Below are positions 50,101 to 61,389 of a stretch of 64,000 bases of DNA, in pieces (position 1 is the stretch's first letter; each line of letters starts with the position of its first letter). The stretch comes from Glaucostegus cemiculus. Its lineage: Eukaryota. The stretch spans positions 2,790,001-2,854,000 of the forward strand of contig CDPCPM010000311.1 of NCBI GenBank assembly GCA_976551045.1, written 5' to 3'. Both the position numbers and the translations under genes were made by a program. Under the pieces are notes generated by a model that ran no database searches, was not told the origin of the DNA, and worked only from the letters and a program-made list of their open reading frames with translations.

Positions 50101-53100
50101 CTTCTCCAGAGACCCAACCTCTGCAATCTCTGCTTTTAACTGTAGCCCTCGTTACAAAACCACTCAAAGCTTTTCTGGATCCTCCACAATGTTTTCACAT
50201 CCTTTCCAAAGTCAGGAAAACTAAACTGGCTCATTTGCAATGATTTCACTTCAAATTTCCATTCTCTCAGTGCACGTAGAGTTTTGAGAGAATCCAATCC
50301 AATACAAGGTTCAAGACGGCAAAGCTGAAAACCTCCTTTGGGCTACAGGGGAGTCTGAACCCAATACCTTCAGACATGCCAATTACTAGATCGTGCAATA
50401 GATAACACATTCTACTCATGAACCCACGTTGGTGCATTTCAATCCAGGGATGGGGCTTATTTTTGCATTTGAGATCACGAAGATCTAATCCAAAAATCTT
50501 ATGATCAATATGCAACTTCAGACAGAGCTCTTTCAGATAATATTAATTCAAGATCCCTCCAGTAAAGCAACCAATTAGCTCCAAGGTATGGTTCAGGAAT
50601 TCACTGCAGGTGCCACTGCATTGTGCCAAGACCCTGAAGGGCTACAGTAGAATAGTGGTTAGGTCACTGGAGCGGAACTCCAGGGGCCTCAGCTGATGAT
50701 CAGAGACACTTGTTCATATATCACCAGAGCTGGGAACTCAATTCATTCCTCCCAAATATTCTGGAACCAAAAAGGTATCACCAAAAAGGTATCCATAACA
50801 AAGCCACTGGATTGTTGTTAAACCTGTACCACCTCCCTCCACCCCTCCCCCTGCTCACTCATTATTCAGGAAGAAACCTGCCAAACTTGCCCCATCAGAC
50901 CCAAAAGTTGTTCACTCTTAACTGCTCTTAGAAATTACTCAAGCCACTCAACTAGAAGGACGATTAATGATGGGCAAAAGACTAGTCTTGTGAAGCCCAC
51001 ATTCTATTAAAAAAAGTCCTTGTCCCCATGACTGTTTCTTTTTAAATAATTTTCTAGATTGGCCAGTAAGATAACGACTTGATGTGAAGTCCCCAATCAA
51101 CCGCTCACTGCCCTCAGTGAACTGCAGGCACTCACCCAATGGAAAGTTGGATTTCCTGATGTCTTGCCATTCGTCACAAGCAAAACAGGATAAATGATGC
51201 TTAGAAGCACGAGGCACAGGAGCTGGGGGAGGCTCCTCAGCAGGGAATAGTATTTGTACCGCTGGATTGCAAAGACAAACAAGCAGGCAAAAGAGATTTA
51301 ATACCAGAGTTAGTTGCAATGTGAAGAAAGTTCTGGCATCTTTGTTTTAAGCAAATTCTTCATTTCTAATCATTGGCCTTTTGCTACTTTTTAAGATGGT
51401 GCTTTTCACATCCCCAGGGATTTACAACCAATGAAACTCCCTGAAGCGCAGGCACTTGTAGTGCAGGAAAAGTTGCAACCTCTGCCCAGCAACTTCACAC
51501 ACACAGCCAGATGAAGTGGACAGACAAGGTTTCCTGGTCATCGAGATACTACCCTGGGACTTTTGTTGGCCGGATGAGACCACAGTTTTAAACCTCATTT
51601 GAAAGACGACATTACTGGCAGTGCAGCAGTAAGAGGGTCAAACTAATTCTGCACACAGAGGCTTTAAAGTCACAACTATAACTCTAGCAACAGCGAGTCA
51701 AAACCCTGTTCCTTTATGTGGATGTAAAATAGCATAGGAACAGGACTTTTGGCCCATGATGTTGTGCAGAACTAAGCAAGCTATAGATAAGATATCTTTA
51801 TTAGTCAAATGTACATCAAACACAGTGAAGTGCATCTTTTTCATAGAGTGTTCTGGGGGGTAGCCTGCAAGTGTCGCCACGCTTCTGGCGCCAACATAGC
51901 ATGCCCACAACTTCCTAATGTCTTTGGAATGTGGGAGGAAACCAGAGCACCCAGAGGAAACCCACGTAGACACGGGGAGAACATACAAACTCCTTACAGA
52001 CAGCAGCCAGAATTGAACCCGGGTCACTAGTGCTATAAAGTGATACCGAATCCCCTATCTACACATGGACCATCTCTCTCCATTTTCTGAAAATTCATGT
52101 ACTTATCCCAGAGCCTCTCTATCATATCTACCTCCACTCCCCAGGCACCCACCACTGTGTGTGTGTGTGGGGGGGAGGGGGGGGCAGGTGGGGAACTTGC
52201 CCCACACATCTCCTTTGAACTTTCCCCCTCAGATTAAATGCACACCCTCTAGTATTAGACATTTCGACCCTGGGAAAAAGATACCAGCTGTCCACTCTAT
52301 GCATCATGTAACTTCAAAAGATCTCCCAGGACATTTTGGGGTGGGGGGGTGTGGTGAGAACTTCACTGCTCTTTGCAATGATTTGAACATTTATTGAACA
52401 GTCATTATCACACACCCATTTGTGGGACCATGTGTATAAAGAGGCTGCTGTGTTTCCTACATCACAGTGCCCACTCTTATTGGTTGTAATAAGTTTTGGG
52501 AAACAGGAAAAGGGATATGAAAGCAGCCAAATAAATGAAGGTTTAATCCACAAAAGACTTGAGTGCTGGGAACATCAGCGATAACCACTTACTTGCCAGG
52601 AACGGATTTCAGCTCAACCTCAGGATAGGTGGACCCTTGCTACATTCTGCAAGCAACCATCTGAACAAGAATTCAGTTTGGATTTTATGAATCAGGCCAA
52701 TCAGCAGAAGGAACTCCCCTTGCTGGCTCTCAGCACTGAAACCAAACAAGCTACTTCTTCAGATAACAAAGTGAAAGAGGACCATTGTCCTGGTTTTAAC
52801 AAAAAAAATCACTTCAAGCTGCAACAATAGTCATATTGTTCACACAGTCCTCAGGGTTAAATTCTCTGATTAAAACTTAAGACAGTTGCATAAGCAAAAA
52901 TAATTACCTCTGATGTTAAAGGGCACTCAATTTTCTGCCAGATGAGAATACCAGAGTGTAGCCAGGAGAGAAGGCTTCCAAGCAGGTAACCCACTTTGTT
53001 TTTTACTGTTGCACAAGCAAGGAGGGGGTAGTACAGAGTAGGGTAGTAAAGCAATGCAGCAATCTTCAAGTATTCTATGGGGGAAAAAGATAGGGCACAA

Positions 53101-56100
53101 TCCAGGTTATAGCAGTGTACCCAACAGGAACAATATTCATGGCTCTACTTCATTAAGAGTTTGAGGAGATTCAGTATGTCAAAGACACTTGTAAGTGTCT
53201 ATGGATGTACATCTATAGATGAGCATTCTGACCGATTGCCTGGTATGGAGGCTCCAATGCACGGGATTACAAGAGGCTGCAGAGGGTTGTAGACTCAGCC
53301 AGCTCCATCACGGGCACAACCCTCCCCACCAAAGTTATCTTCAAGAGGCAGCACCTCAAGAAGGTAGCATCCATCATCAAGGGCCCTCACCACCTGGGAC
53401 ATGCCCTCTTCTTGTTATTAGCATCAGGGTGGTGGTACAGGAGCCTGAAGACACACACGTTTCAGGAACAGCTTCTTCCCCTCTGCCAGATTTCTGAATG
53501 GTCCATGAACACTACCTTGTTATTTCTTTATTGCATTATATTATAGTTAACTTTGTCTTTGCACTTTATTGCTGCCACAAGACAACAAGTTTCATGTCAT
53601 CTAAGTCAGTGATAATAAATCTGATTCTAATGTCTTGAATTATTTTTACACAAGTTTTGGGCGTTAGTGGGCCAAGGCAAGATTGATAGGTAGTCCCCAG
53701 ATTCCCCTTGGAAAGGTGATGAGTCATCTCAGCTGTAGTGTGAAGGTTTCATGAACAGATGAAACAGTGGTCTTGAATTGAGACAGATGTGAAAGGTGAC
53801 ACAATCATTCCAATTTTGAAGCACCAACCATACTGCTGTGGTCCTGAAGTTTCAAATGGACCAGAAAGACAGGAGCAAATGAGTTTAAAAAAATAGTTAC
53901 TTGCAAATAAATTCAGAACTTTCTTTCTACAGAAGATAAAATTGATTCTGAACTCCCCAGCCATTATTGGCTTTGAACTCTTATCTCTGGAGATTAGCCA
54001 TTAAACTGTATACTTATTATGCATTATAGTTTGGCCTTTAACATTATGATAGAGAAGTCAAAATATAAATGGTGTACAGTTCAACCCAGTTTAAACTAAA
54101 CATTTTACACTGAATCAACATACAACATGCCGGAGGAAATCAACAGGTCAGGCAGCATCTGTGGTGAGAAATGGACAGTCACTGCTTTGGGTCGAGATGT
54201 CTCGACCTGAAACATTGTCTATTTCCCTCCACAGATGCTGCCTTACCCACCAAGTTCCTCCAGTGCTGTGCATGTTGCTCCAGGTTCCAGCATCTGCAGT
54301 CTCTTGCATCTCCACTTTGCATTGAAATATTTAAATTTTGTAGTGATCATAGCCAGGACAACCAGACTGATGTACCAAATAGGTAATGAAGGACTAGAGT
54401 TTAAGGACTAGAGTTTAAGCATTAGGTTGCAGTTAAACAGAATGCTCACTTACAACAGGACTGCAGATGCTGAAAATACTCAGCAAGTTGCGTAGCACAT
54501 GCAGGATGAGAATACTTCATGTTTCAAGCCATTGACTTTGGTTTTCATTTCAGAAGTTGTTCAGTTTAGCTCTCATTCCTATACTCAAGACTCCACTTTC
54601 TGGTTGTTAATCCAAGAAAGAACTCCACTGAAGTCATACGGTAACCTTCAGTCCAAGTTTTCTTTGCTAGTTTACCACTTTTAGGCTGGGGATGGAAAGG
54701 AGGTAAGAAATATGTTCAGTTACCTTTGGTGTTCTTTGAGGATTCCAGGCCAATGGGTAAAGGATTACTGTCAATGACCACAACACATAGGGAACAGAAG
54801 AGTATCCCAAACACAGCAGCAGCAATTCCTCGGTGGCAGTCACTTTCAAGGAAACCAACTGGACTGAAAATACAGAGCATTTGACCCAAATTAAGATAAA
54901 CAAGAAATGATACTGACTGCAACTATTCCTTGTGTATAAAATGTACTCTGATCAAGTGTTGTTAGCAATTGGACCATCTTTCAATAGGACTGTGGATCCT
55001 GTGTGATTGGCAAGGGATATTGCTGAAAGAAAGGTATTCCATTCAGAGATTCAAATAGATTGACATTTAAGATTTAATTTTATATTTATAGGTATCAAGG
55101 TGTTTCACAGGAACAGTCCCAGACAAGGACTGTGCAAAGCAAGGGCCCATTAGGACAGGTAACCTAGTTGTAAGGAGCAACTTAGGAGGAAAACAGGAGT
55201 AATTCCAGTGTCCTGGAAATCTGCAACTGAAGCCATGGGCACTTATGATGGAACATCAGCAAACAAGACCAGAACTGGAGCACCATTCATACCCAGAGAC
55301 AAAAGCCGACAACTTTACGGTTACATTAATGTCAGCCTGTAGCTTTTCCTGTTGGCGAATCAACTACAGTCTGATCGCGATCTGCCTTAAGAATGCATTA
55401 ATGCCAAATCCCTCTCTGGAGGAGGGATACTTAATTCAAGGGGGCAGTGGGTTTTCAGTGTAAGTGAACCAGATTTATTTTTATATTATGGTGTTCAGGA
55501 TGTACAGTATACCAGAACTCCTGAGTTTTAACAAATGCAAAAGGAGGATTTATAGAAATAAGTGTCAACTAATTCAGGTGGGTTGATGGATGGATAAATC
55601 ATTCCAACTACACTTGCTATTTGTGGAAGGTCAGAAACAAAGGTGGGACTGGGAAGAGAAACAACTTCTGTGCAGTGGGGAAGGAGCAGGTCAGACCATT
55701 TCTGCAGAAGATAACAAGTCTTTGTGATTCATTTCTCACAAAATAATTGGCCACTGCTTTCAGTCCCTGCCTCATGTCAGTATATCATGTCCTTGTAAAT
55801 CATCCCCCCTGTATTTGGGTATAATATAGTTGCTGCTGTGGGATTAATAGTCCCATTGAGTACATCACACAGATGTGAAACATTGTCACCTTTAATCCAG
55901 GTGATGACCCAATTGCGAATGGATTAAAGCTGCCAGTGAATCAAAGGCTGCCCCCAGCCGTGATCAGGAGACAACACCCTGCAGTCTGGATGTACTCATG
56001 TCATTGGCTCTCCTGGACTGAAGTTGGGGAAGGGGGATTTTCAAACAATTCAAATGGAGCTCAAATAGGTTTAAGTTGTTCAAGTGGCCTTTGATGGCAA

Positions 56101-59100
56101 AGGAATGAAAATGCTGGGATTGTTCTGAGTAAACAAGCAGCTGTGGAGGGAGAAGCAGCATCAACACTTTTAAGTCCCTTCACCGATATCCACCAACCAC
56201 TCCAGTGCTTTGTGTTCTAGACCTGGCACTACACTGGTTGGGACTTGAATCAACATTGCCAAGAAGCCGAATGGGGCGCCAAAGTCTAAAGCCAAGCACA
56301 AAGCTTGGGCAGACCAAATATTACTTGTGGTTACAGAGCTAAAGATTTGAAGGGGACACAAGAGGGGAATAAAAGCCCTGTGTAGCTTTTTGAATAGCAA
56401 GCATTCTGAATGAGATTTAGTTGCAAGGATCATTATGGAATACAGCCACAGACTTAGTGGGGATTAACCTAGTTAGTTTAAAACAAGAAAAAACAAAAAT
56501 CCCACTTTAATGAGCATGAGACTGCATCCCCAAGGGAGGGCAGGGGAGATTTTCAAAAGGACAGAGGCAGGAGGACAAAAAAAAATGATTGGAATTGAAA
56601 CCTGTTTGTACAAGAAAAATATCAGTTTGTATAATGAATAACAAAAAAAGTCGAGCTACATTTGGGAGCCGATACACTTTCAGGAGCTGAAACAAGTTTA
56701 AAAGTGAATTCAGGCAGTGTTTTTTTGGTCGGGTATCAGCTCAAAGGAACACGGTGGGTAGGCTTGCTTGTATAAACATTACTGAGGTGATGAGGCCTCT
56801 GTACTCCCAGTGCACCAGGCAGGCAATGCATCTGCACCAAGTGTCAAGGCTGTGACCCCAGGAATTCTACAGCTTGGTTCAATCAGGGTTCAAGCACCGA
56901 CTCCAGGGGAGGAGACACTTAACTGCAACAGTCCTGGAGCTCCACCACAGCAACCCCTGCACAACCGTCTGCGCTTCACAAAGAGGGACAGGAACACCAG
57001 GATCACAACCTGAAAGAGAATGGGGGGGGGGGGTGGAGAAGAAAAAAAAGAAAAAGGACTCACTCATTACACCCCGGTCATTGTCCCAGCTACAAGCTGG
57101 TAGCTACAGATAGGGTAACTACAGAAACCCTTTGAACTAATTACCCCAAACAGCAAGCATGGCTGGAGGCCATTTAGTCCCTCAAATCAGTCAGGGCTCA
57201 CCAGTAACACTTATGCTTCCAACTATCAGAAGGTTGTGGGTTCGAGTCCCACTCTGGAGTTAGAACAAAAATCCAAATGCAGCATTATAAGTAGTATCTT
57301 TCAAGCATTAACCCAACACCCCATCTGCACCACAAAACCCCATGGCACTATTTGACAGGCAGGACATGCCTCCTGAGAGGCATCTATAACCAGAGGGCAT
57401 GGTTTTAAAATGAGGTTCAAAGGGAATACTTGTTTTTTCACCTAGAGTTTGGAACTCACTGCCTGAAGAGATGGAGGCAACAGTTAAGTGTATTCAGATA
57501 ATCATTTAAGAGCACTAAGGTATAGAAGGTAACAGACTAATCACTGAGCAAATGGGAATAGTGTAGGTAGGTACTTGGTTGCCATGGACAAGGTGGGCCA
57601 AAAGGGACTGTTTCTGTTATATGACTTTATAACATTTGTACCTGGTCAGCCAGGTCAGAATATTTAGTCGCCATCATCAGTCTGTGGGAGCTCACTGCTG
57701 TGTTTGTTACCTTGCAATGGTGACTGCACCTCAAGAATTATCCACCGAATGCAAAATGCTTTAAAAAGAATGGGACACGCAATGTAACCACAGAAGTAAA
57801 GGCGCATCAGGAAATCCTGGCTGACCTGTGAGCTGTCTACCTCTTGCAGTAGCTTCAGCTGATTAAATCCCTGGGATTTAACGATTAACTGAGCTAGCAT
57901 CAATTGCAGAAAGGGGTTGGGGTACTTGGAGTCTCTTGCACCCTCTGTGTGTAGAAGTATATTGGAATTTCACACCTAGATCTCTTTGGGCTCCATCTAG
58001 GACCCTTGGACTCCAAGCAGTTTTCTCTCAATTTACCCTCAGTTTACCAGCTACTCAAGCAAATAAATTCATCCTATCTGGATATCAACCACTCCATCTC
58101 CAATACCACACACAACTGATTCTGCAGAAGAGGCTGCATATTAACTATCAGAGTCATTCAATGGTGTCTCAGTGGAGAATCCCAAAAAAGCCACCATCAA
58201 CTTAACAGTTTTAAATTTCAATCACAGGTTTGCAGACTGGGCACAGAATCAGAGATAGATATTACCATTTGCTATTAATAGTTAAACCACATCTAGAGTA
58301 AAAAAACAAACCTGCTGTTAGTGGAGTCATCTATTAGCCACAGCCAGTCAATTGCTTTGAAGTGGGCCTGACCACAAGGTCCCACATATAGCAACGGGAT
58401 AAGTTTGAGCATTGCAGGAAGGGTAACCTGGCTTGGATGCACCATTTCTCCAAAAACTGCCACATTATTGTTGAAAGGCACCCGAGGAGCAGATAGGCTC
58501 CATGTTAAGTGTCTCATTTGACAATGCAGAATCCCCTCCATTGTTTATACTCTCGCTAGTGGTAAAACAGTGGAAGTTATGCAGCAACACATCAGGGGAC
58601 TTTTATGATCGAGTGTACACAAATTTCCTTCAGGAAGCAACTATACCTCAATGCAATTTATTGACTGACCATAGCTTTCCTAGATGGCACAGTTTATCTC
58701 CACTCTGCATCTGGATTTATGGCAATCTGTTTCAGCCTTCACCAGGAGAGCAACATTAGTGGGGATAGTCAATTAAATCAGGCTAGAAAACATGCACATT
58801 GCTCACCAGCCTCTCACATTGAAAATAAACTTAAACATACATTACAAGCAGTGTAGAAAACTTACAGAAGCTCCTGCTGCACAGATATTAAACAAATCAA
58901 CCTGGATAATGGGATCACACTGTGTTAACCTACAGAGCAAAACAAAATAAAAAGGAATGAAAGCAAAGCCATTAATGAAAATAAGCTCAGTTAACAACAG
59001 AACAAAAAGTCAACATACTCCTCAGGAGGGGAAGTGGGATCCAAACGGTCATCGATATACCAATCGGAATAATCCATGTAGTTCACTTCAATGGAGGAGG

Positions 59101-59119
59101 ATTCATTCCTGGAGTCCAT
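34929..59119 (-). CDS. STRA6: Receptor for retinol uptake STRA6, complete CDS: 17 exons, 2010 nt, 669 aa
   Basis: Exons 59119-59019, 58929-58866, 57009-56924, 54863-54724, 53074-52908, 51261-51136, 47979-47912, 47793-47717, 46474-46413, 44482-44320, 44016-43941, 43190-43057, 41992-41875, 40042-39941, 38805-38642, 37411-37277, 35155-34929. All introns are GT-AG, phases are consistent and there are no internal stops. Many motifs match recalled STRA6. Confidence 0.96.
36440..37000 (+). mobile_element. CR1/HER1-like LINE 3' fragment (STRA6 last intron)
   Basis: Encodes QFWLPHYRKDVEALERVQKRFTR and LKGDLIE; CR1 tail. Confidence 0.8.
37277..37411 (-). CDS. STRA6: STRA6 coding exon 16
   Basis: [45 protein letters not shown]; cag|..|gtcagt. 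Confidence 0.93.
38642..38805 (-). CDS. STRA6: STRA6 coding exon 15
   Basis: RSLYIFTYLFFMFNVLIGFITGVWRIVLTEIYNIIHFCRLDMSLLNRGAESLDL; 164 nt. Confidence 0.93.
38915..39210 (+). mobile_element. Rex1/Babar-like LINE 3' remnant
   Basis: Encodes PSGGAEA/KSHTSKFRNSYFP-like remnant followed by a 3'UTR. Confidence 0.5.
39941..40042 (-). CDS. STRA6: STRA6 coding exon 14
   Basis: WPFWLALIVVLLIQHFLARLLFLQKDGKSQSITNR; 102 nt. Confidence 0.93.
41305..41545 (-). mobile_element. V-SINE subfamily A
   Basis: Reverse complement of 1601-1853. Confidence 0.87.
41549..41748. mobile_element. Palindromic PLE terminal-repeat derivative
   Basis: Inverted arms 41549-41620 and 41641-41715; same family as 3525-3709. 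Confidence 0.75.
41875..41992 (-). CDS. STRA6: STRA6 coding exon 13
   Basis: GLFIQLLVFFLCFLLFSFLVVVPILYGRNLILFKVLESM; 118 nt; donor gtgagt. Confidence 0.93.
43057..43190 (-). CDS. STRA6: STRA6 coding exon 12
   Basis: ENLKTLYRGDTYKVFNVQKRIRPSRSAIVCWMSFTSYQAAHITL; 134 nt. Confidence 0.93.
43941..44016 (-). CDS. STRA6: STRA6 coding exon 11
   Basis: ACYVSAITVSCCFTLLMLMRSMVLHR; 76 nt. Confidence 0.92.
44320..44482 (-). CDS. STRA6: STRA6 coding exon 10 (RBP-binding loop)
   Basis: VALLLVVYVVPTLQKMRAGVREEISYILEGFGIHLSDKRSEVLKIVKYYFWILE; SYxLxGFG motif retained; 163 nt. Confidence 0.94.
45118..46095 (-). mobile_element. CR1/HER1-like LINE 3' fragments
   Basis: Encodes LLQLYRTLVRPHLQYCVQF and GLIEVYKMMRG..NTRGHNFKVFGGRYKGDVRGKFF; tail near 45120; a second short piece at 45940-46095. 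Confidence 0.85.
46413..46474 (-). CDS. STRA6: STRA6 coding exon 9
   Basis: GFRIPPKLTVSMTVALVTIYQ; 62 nt. Confidence 0.9.
47303..47562 (-). mobile_element. V-SINE subfamily A
   Basis: Full-length reverse copy with an extended (taaatg)n tail. Confidence 0.88.
47717..47793 (-). CDS. STRA6: STRA6 coding exon 8
   Basis: ICTNQPSLSSKIRTLIRSYIYIPMK; 77 nt; donor gtaag. Confidence 0.88.
47912..47979 (-). CDS. STRA6: STRA6 coding exon 7
   Basis: CQADEYYTDYLKLLLRKRPSKNS; 68 nt. Confidence 0.88.
51136..51261 (-). CDS. STRA6: STRA6 coding exon 6
   Basis: RYKYYSLLRSLPQLLCLVLLSIIYPVLLVTNGKTSGNPTFHW; donor gtgagt. Confidence 0.9.
51785..52045 (-). mobile_element. V-SINE subfamily B, inserted in a CR1 tail fragment (51730-52305)
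   Basis: Reverse complement of 12790-13092; CR1 tail sequence resumes on both sides. Confidence 0.8.
52908..53074 (-). CDS. STRA6: STRA6 coding exon 5
   Basis: EYLKIAALLYYPTLYYPLLACATVKNKVGYLLGSLLSWLHSGILIWQKIECPLTSE; 167 nt. Confidence 0.94.
53130..53630 (+). mobile_element. Rex1/Babar-like LINE 3' fragment
   Basis: Degenerate LYFIKSLRRF..SILTD..WYGGSNARDYKRLQRVVDSASSITG..IIKGPHHLGH; tail gataataaatctgattct. Confidence 0.75.
54122..54312. mobile_element. Palindromic PLE terminal-repeat derivative
   Basis: Inverted arms around the central hairpin ggtcgaga-tg-tctcgacc (about 54190-54208). Confidence 0.7.
54724..54863 (-). CDS. STRA6: STRA6 coding exon 4
   Basis: PVGFLESDCHRGIAAAVFGILFCSLCVVVIDSNPLPIGLESSKNTK; 140 nt. 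Confidence 0.93.
56924..57009 (-). CDS. STRA6: STRA6 coding exon 3
   Basis: VVILVFLSLFVKRRRLCRGCCGGAPGLL; 86 nt. Confidence 0.92.
57190..57360 (+). mobile_element. Ancient DeuSINE (SacSINE1-like) remnant; others near 51560-51630 (-) and 58440-58545 (-)
   Basis: tRNA-like B box (cagaaggttgtgggttcgagtcccact) followed by Deu-like ..gcagcatt..tcttt..ttaacc..ccccatctgc..ccatggcactattt. Confidence 0.5.
58866..58929 (-). CDS. STRA6: STRA6 coding exon 2
   Basis: LTQCDPIIQVDLFNICAAGAS; tag|..|gtaag; 64 nt. Confidence 0.88.
59019..59119 (-). CDS. STRA6: STRA6 coding exon 1 (start codon)
   Basis: gcgATGg Kozak context; MDSRNESSSIEVNYMDYSDWYIDDRLDPTSPPE (DYSxWYID motif, NES sequon); donor gtatgt. Confidence 0.9.
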
Positions 59120-60147
59120 CGCGTGTTTGTTGCTTGGCCAGAAACAATACGACGTGGCTCTGATCCTTGGACTGTTGTATTTTAAATCTCAGGTACCTTG
59201 TTGCTCCAAGTCCCCTGCTCAGTAATCCAGATCAGCAGTGCAAGTGTTCCACACCACACAAACTTGCTTTGATGGATGGATTTCTCTGCCCCTCCCACTC
59301 GTGTTTAATACCTCTGGGACAAACTTCAAGCCGGCTTGGGGAGGTGGGGGTGGTGAAGAAAACAAATGGCCAGTCAACAGTTTGAGATGAAAACCACAGA
59401 AATGGAAAGGTTTCTCTTACACAGGCACATTGGCTGCATGAATGAACAAAAACAAACTCGCATTTCACTTTAAGTGATTTTTAAAAAAAAACACGAACAT
59501 GGTACATTAACAAAACACCATTGTAAAGCCAACACAACTTGGCTGGTAATACAGCAAAATGGTTTGTTGCTTCTGAAGCATTGGATTGAAAAGACTTTGC
59601 AGTGCAAAGAAACACAGACTATAGACCAACAATTATAGGCCAAACTCTAGTCCAGTAATTATACATTAGGCCAAAATCAAATACTATAGTATGAGAAGGA
59701 AAATAAACTTCTACATGGAAGTAGTAGTTTTCAAATAATACATCCAATTGTTCTACTGGGATCTGGCTTGATGTCCTTACTCACTGGCTCCACATTAACT
59801 AACCGAGGAAGTGGTCAACTGGAGAGAGTCATCCAAGCAGATGGCTAATCTCCACCTCTTTCTACACTGTGGGAGGTTTCAGTGTTTGAACAAACACAAG
59901 AATGTGCATTTATAAAACAATTCACATCCCGAGAACATTAAGGGCATGGGCAAAATGGCAGCAGCCAATTCCCAGGCACAAGAGAAATGACTACATACAA
60001 ATTAGTAGGACGCTCAGCCCTTCAAGTCTGTTCTGCTGTTCAACAAGATCCAGGCTGATCAGATTAAAGCTTTTCACTGCATCTCAGTACACCTTACAAT
60101 AATAAATCAGTTATAACCACATTCCCATCTACTACTGCAACCCCTGA

Positions 60148-60273
60148 AGTGTCCTGACCTGAAACGTTGACCACCTGCTTTTCTCCACAGATGCTGTCCG
60201 GCCTGCCGAGTTCCTCCAGCATCATCATGTTTTTCATCCAGACTCGAGCAGCTGCAGTCCTTGGTTTCTCCAG
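60148..60273 (+). mobile_element. PLE terminal-repeat fragment (single arm)
   Basis: cctgacctgaaacgttgaccacctgcttttctccacagatgctg..gtttttcatccag; same family as 3623-3709. Confidence 0.7.
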
Positions 60274-60997
60274 TATTACTGCTGCAACCCTCCTTGTCTA
60301 GTAACCGTCCACCTTTGCCTTAAATATTCAGACTAACTAAACTGCAGGAGGGTGCTGGTGGAGGAATGACCGACAGGCTAAAGGGGTAGACAAACATGAC
60401 AATCCTTTCCCAACACCTCCACACTTACCTATCAATTGAGGCAGAATGTGGTGGGGGGGTGGGAGGGAGAGAAGAGTTCTTGCACTCTCAGGATTCCAAG
60501 TGGCAAAACTCCATAAGTGACTAAAGTACAGAAGAGTACTTTATTCCCTTGCTCAAACAAAGTGAAACAAGCAACCCAAGACACTCCAAAACTATGACTG
60601 AAATTGTATTGACGATGGGACTTCAGAAGTGCTTGCGTTTGGCCCAAGGGAGCTGGCTGTGAGCAGACCAATATCCCATTGACCACAAGTATTTTATAGT
60701 CCTTTCTCATTTCTCTCTATAAACCTCCCTCTCTCTTCCCCGCCACCCCCACTCCCAATTTTCCTGTCACACTTGGTTTGTTTCTTTTAAGGGTGAATTG
60801 CATTAAATCTAGATCAAAATGTGGCAGATGAGAAGCTGAACATACTGGAAAGTAAACATTAACCATTAAGGTTACAAATTGATAGCTACGTGGCCTCTTA
60901 ATTATTCCTGCAGTTATAGAGTCATGTTCTGCATTGCACAGGCAGCAATACAACTGTTGCAATCTCATCACTGCACTCGGTGTTAAAAGTAATCAAC

Positions 60998-61378
60998 GTT
61001 ATAAGGATGTGGAAGCTTTAGAGAAGGTACAGAGGAGATTTACCAGGACGCTGCCTGGATTGGAGAGCATGTCTTATGAAGATAGGTTGAGTGAGCTGGG
61101 GCTTCTGAAGAGGAGGATGAGAGGCGACTTGATAGAGGTGTACAAGAGGCATAGATTAAGTGGACAGACTCTTCCCCAGGGCAAAAATGGCAACATGAGG
61201 GGCATGATTTTTGGGGATTGGAGGAAGGTACAAGGGGGATGTCAGAAGCAATTTTTTAAAAAAAGAAATGGAGGGCTATGTGGGAGGGAAGGGTTAGATA
61301 GACATTAGAGCAGGATAGAATGTTGGCACATTGTGGGCTGAAGGGCCTGTACTGTGCTGTGATGTTCTACGTTCAAAT
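60998..61378 (+). mobile_element. CR1/HER1-like LINE 3' fragment
   Basis: Encodes YKDVEALEKVQRRFTRTLPGLESMSYEDRLSELGL..MRGDLIEVYK; CR1 tail. Confidence 0.85.
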
Positions 61379-61389
61379 GAGCAAGAGGT

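Noticed and set aside
57640-57660. Retinoic-acid response element for STRA6 (tggtca-gcc-aggtca; also tgacct..agttca near 34650)
   Set aside because: Spacing and orientation do not fit DR1/DR2/DR5. I saw no clean RARE by eye, though a PWM scan is needed to exclude one.
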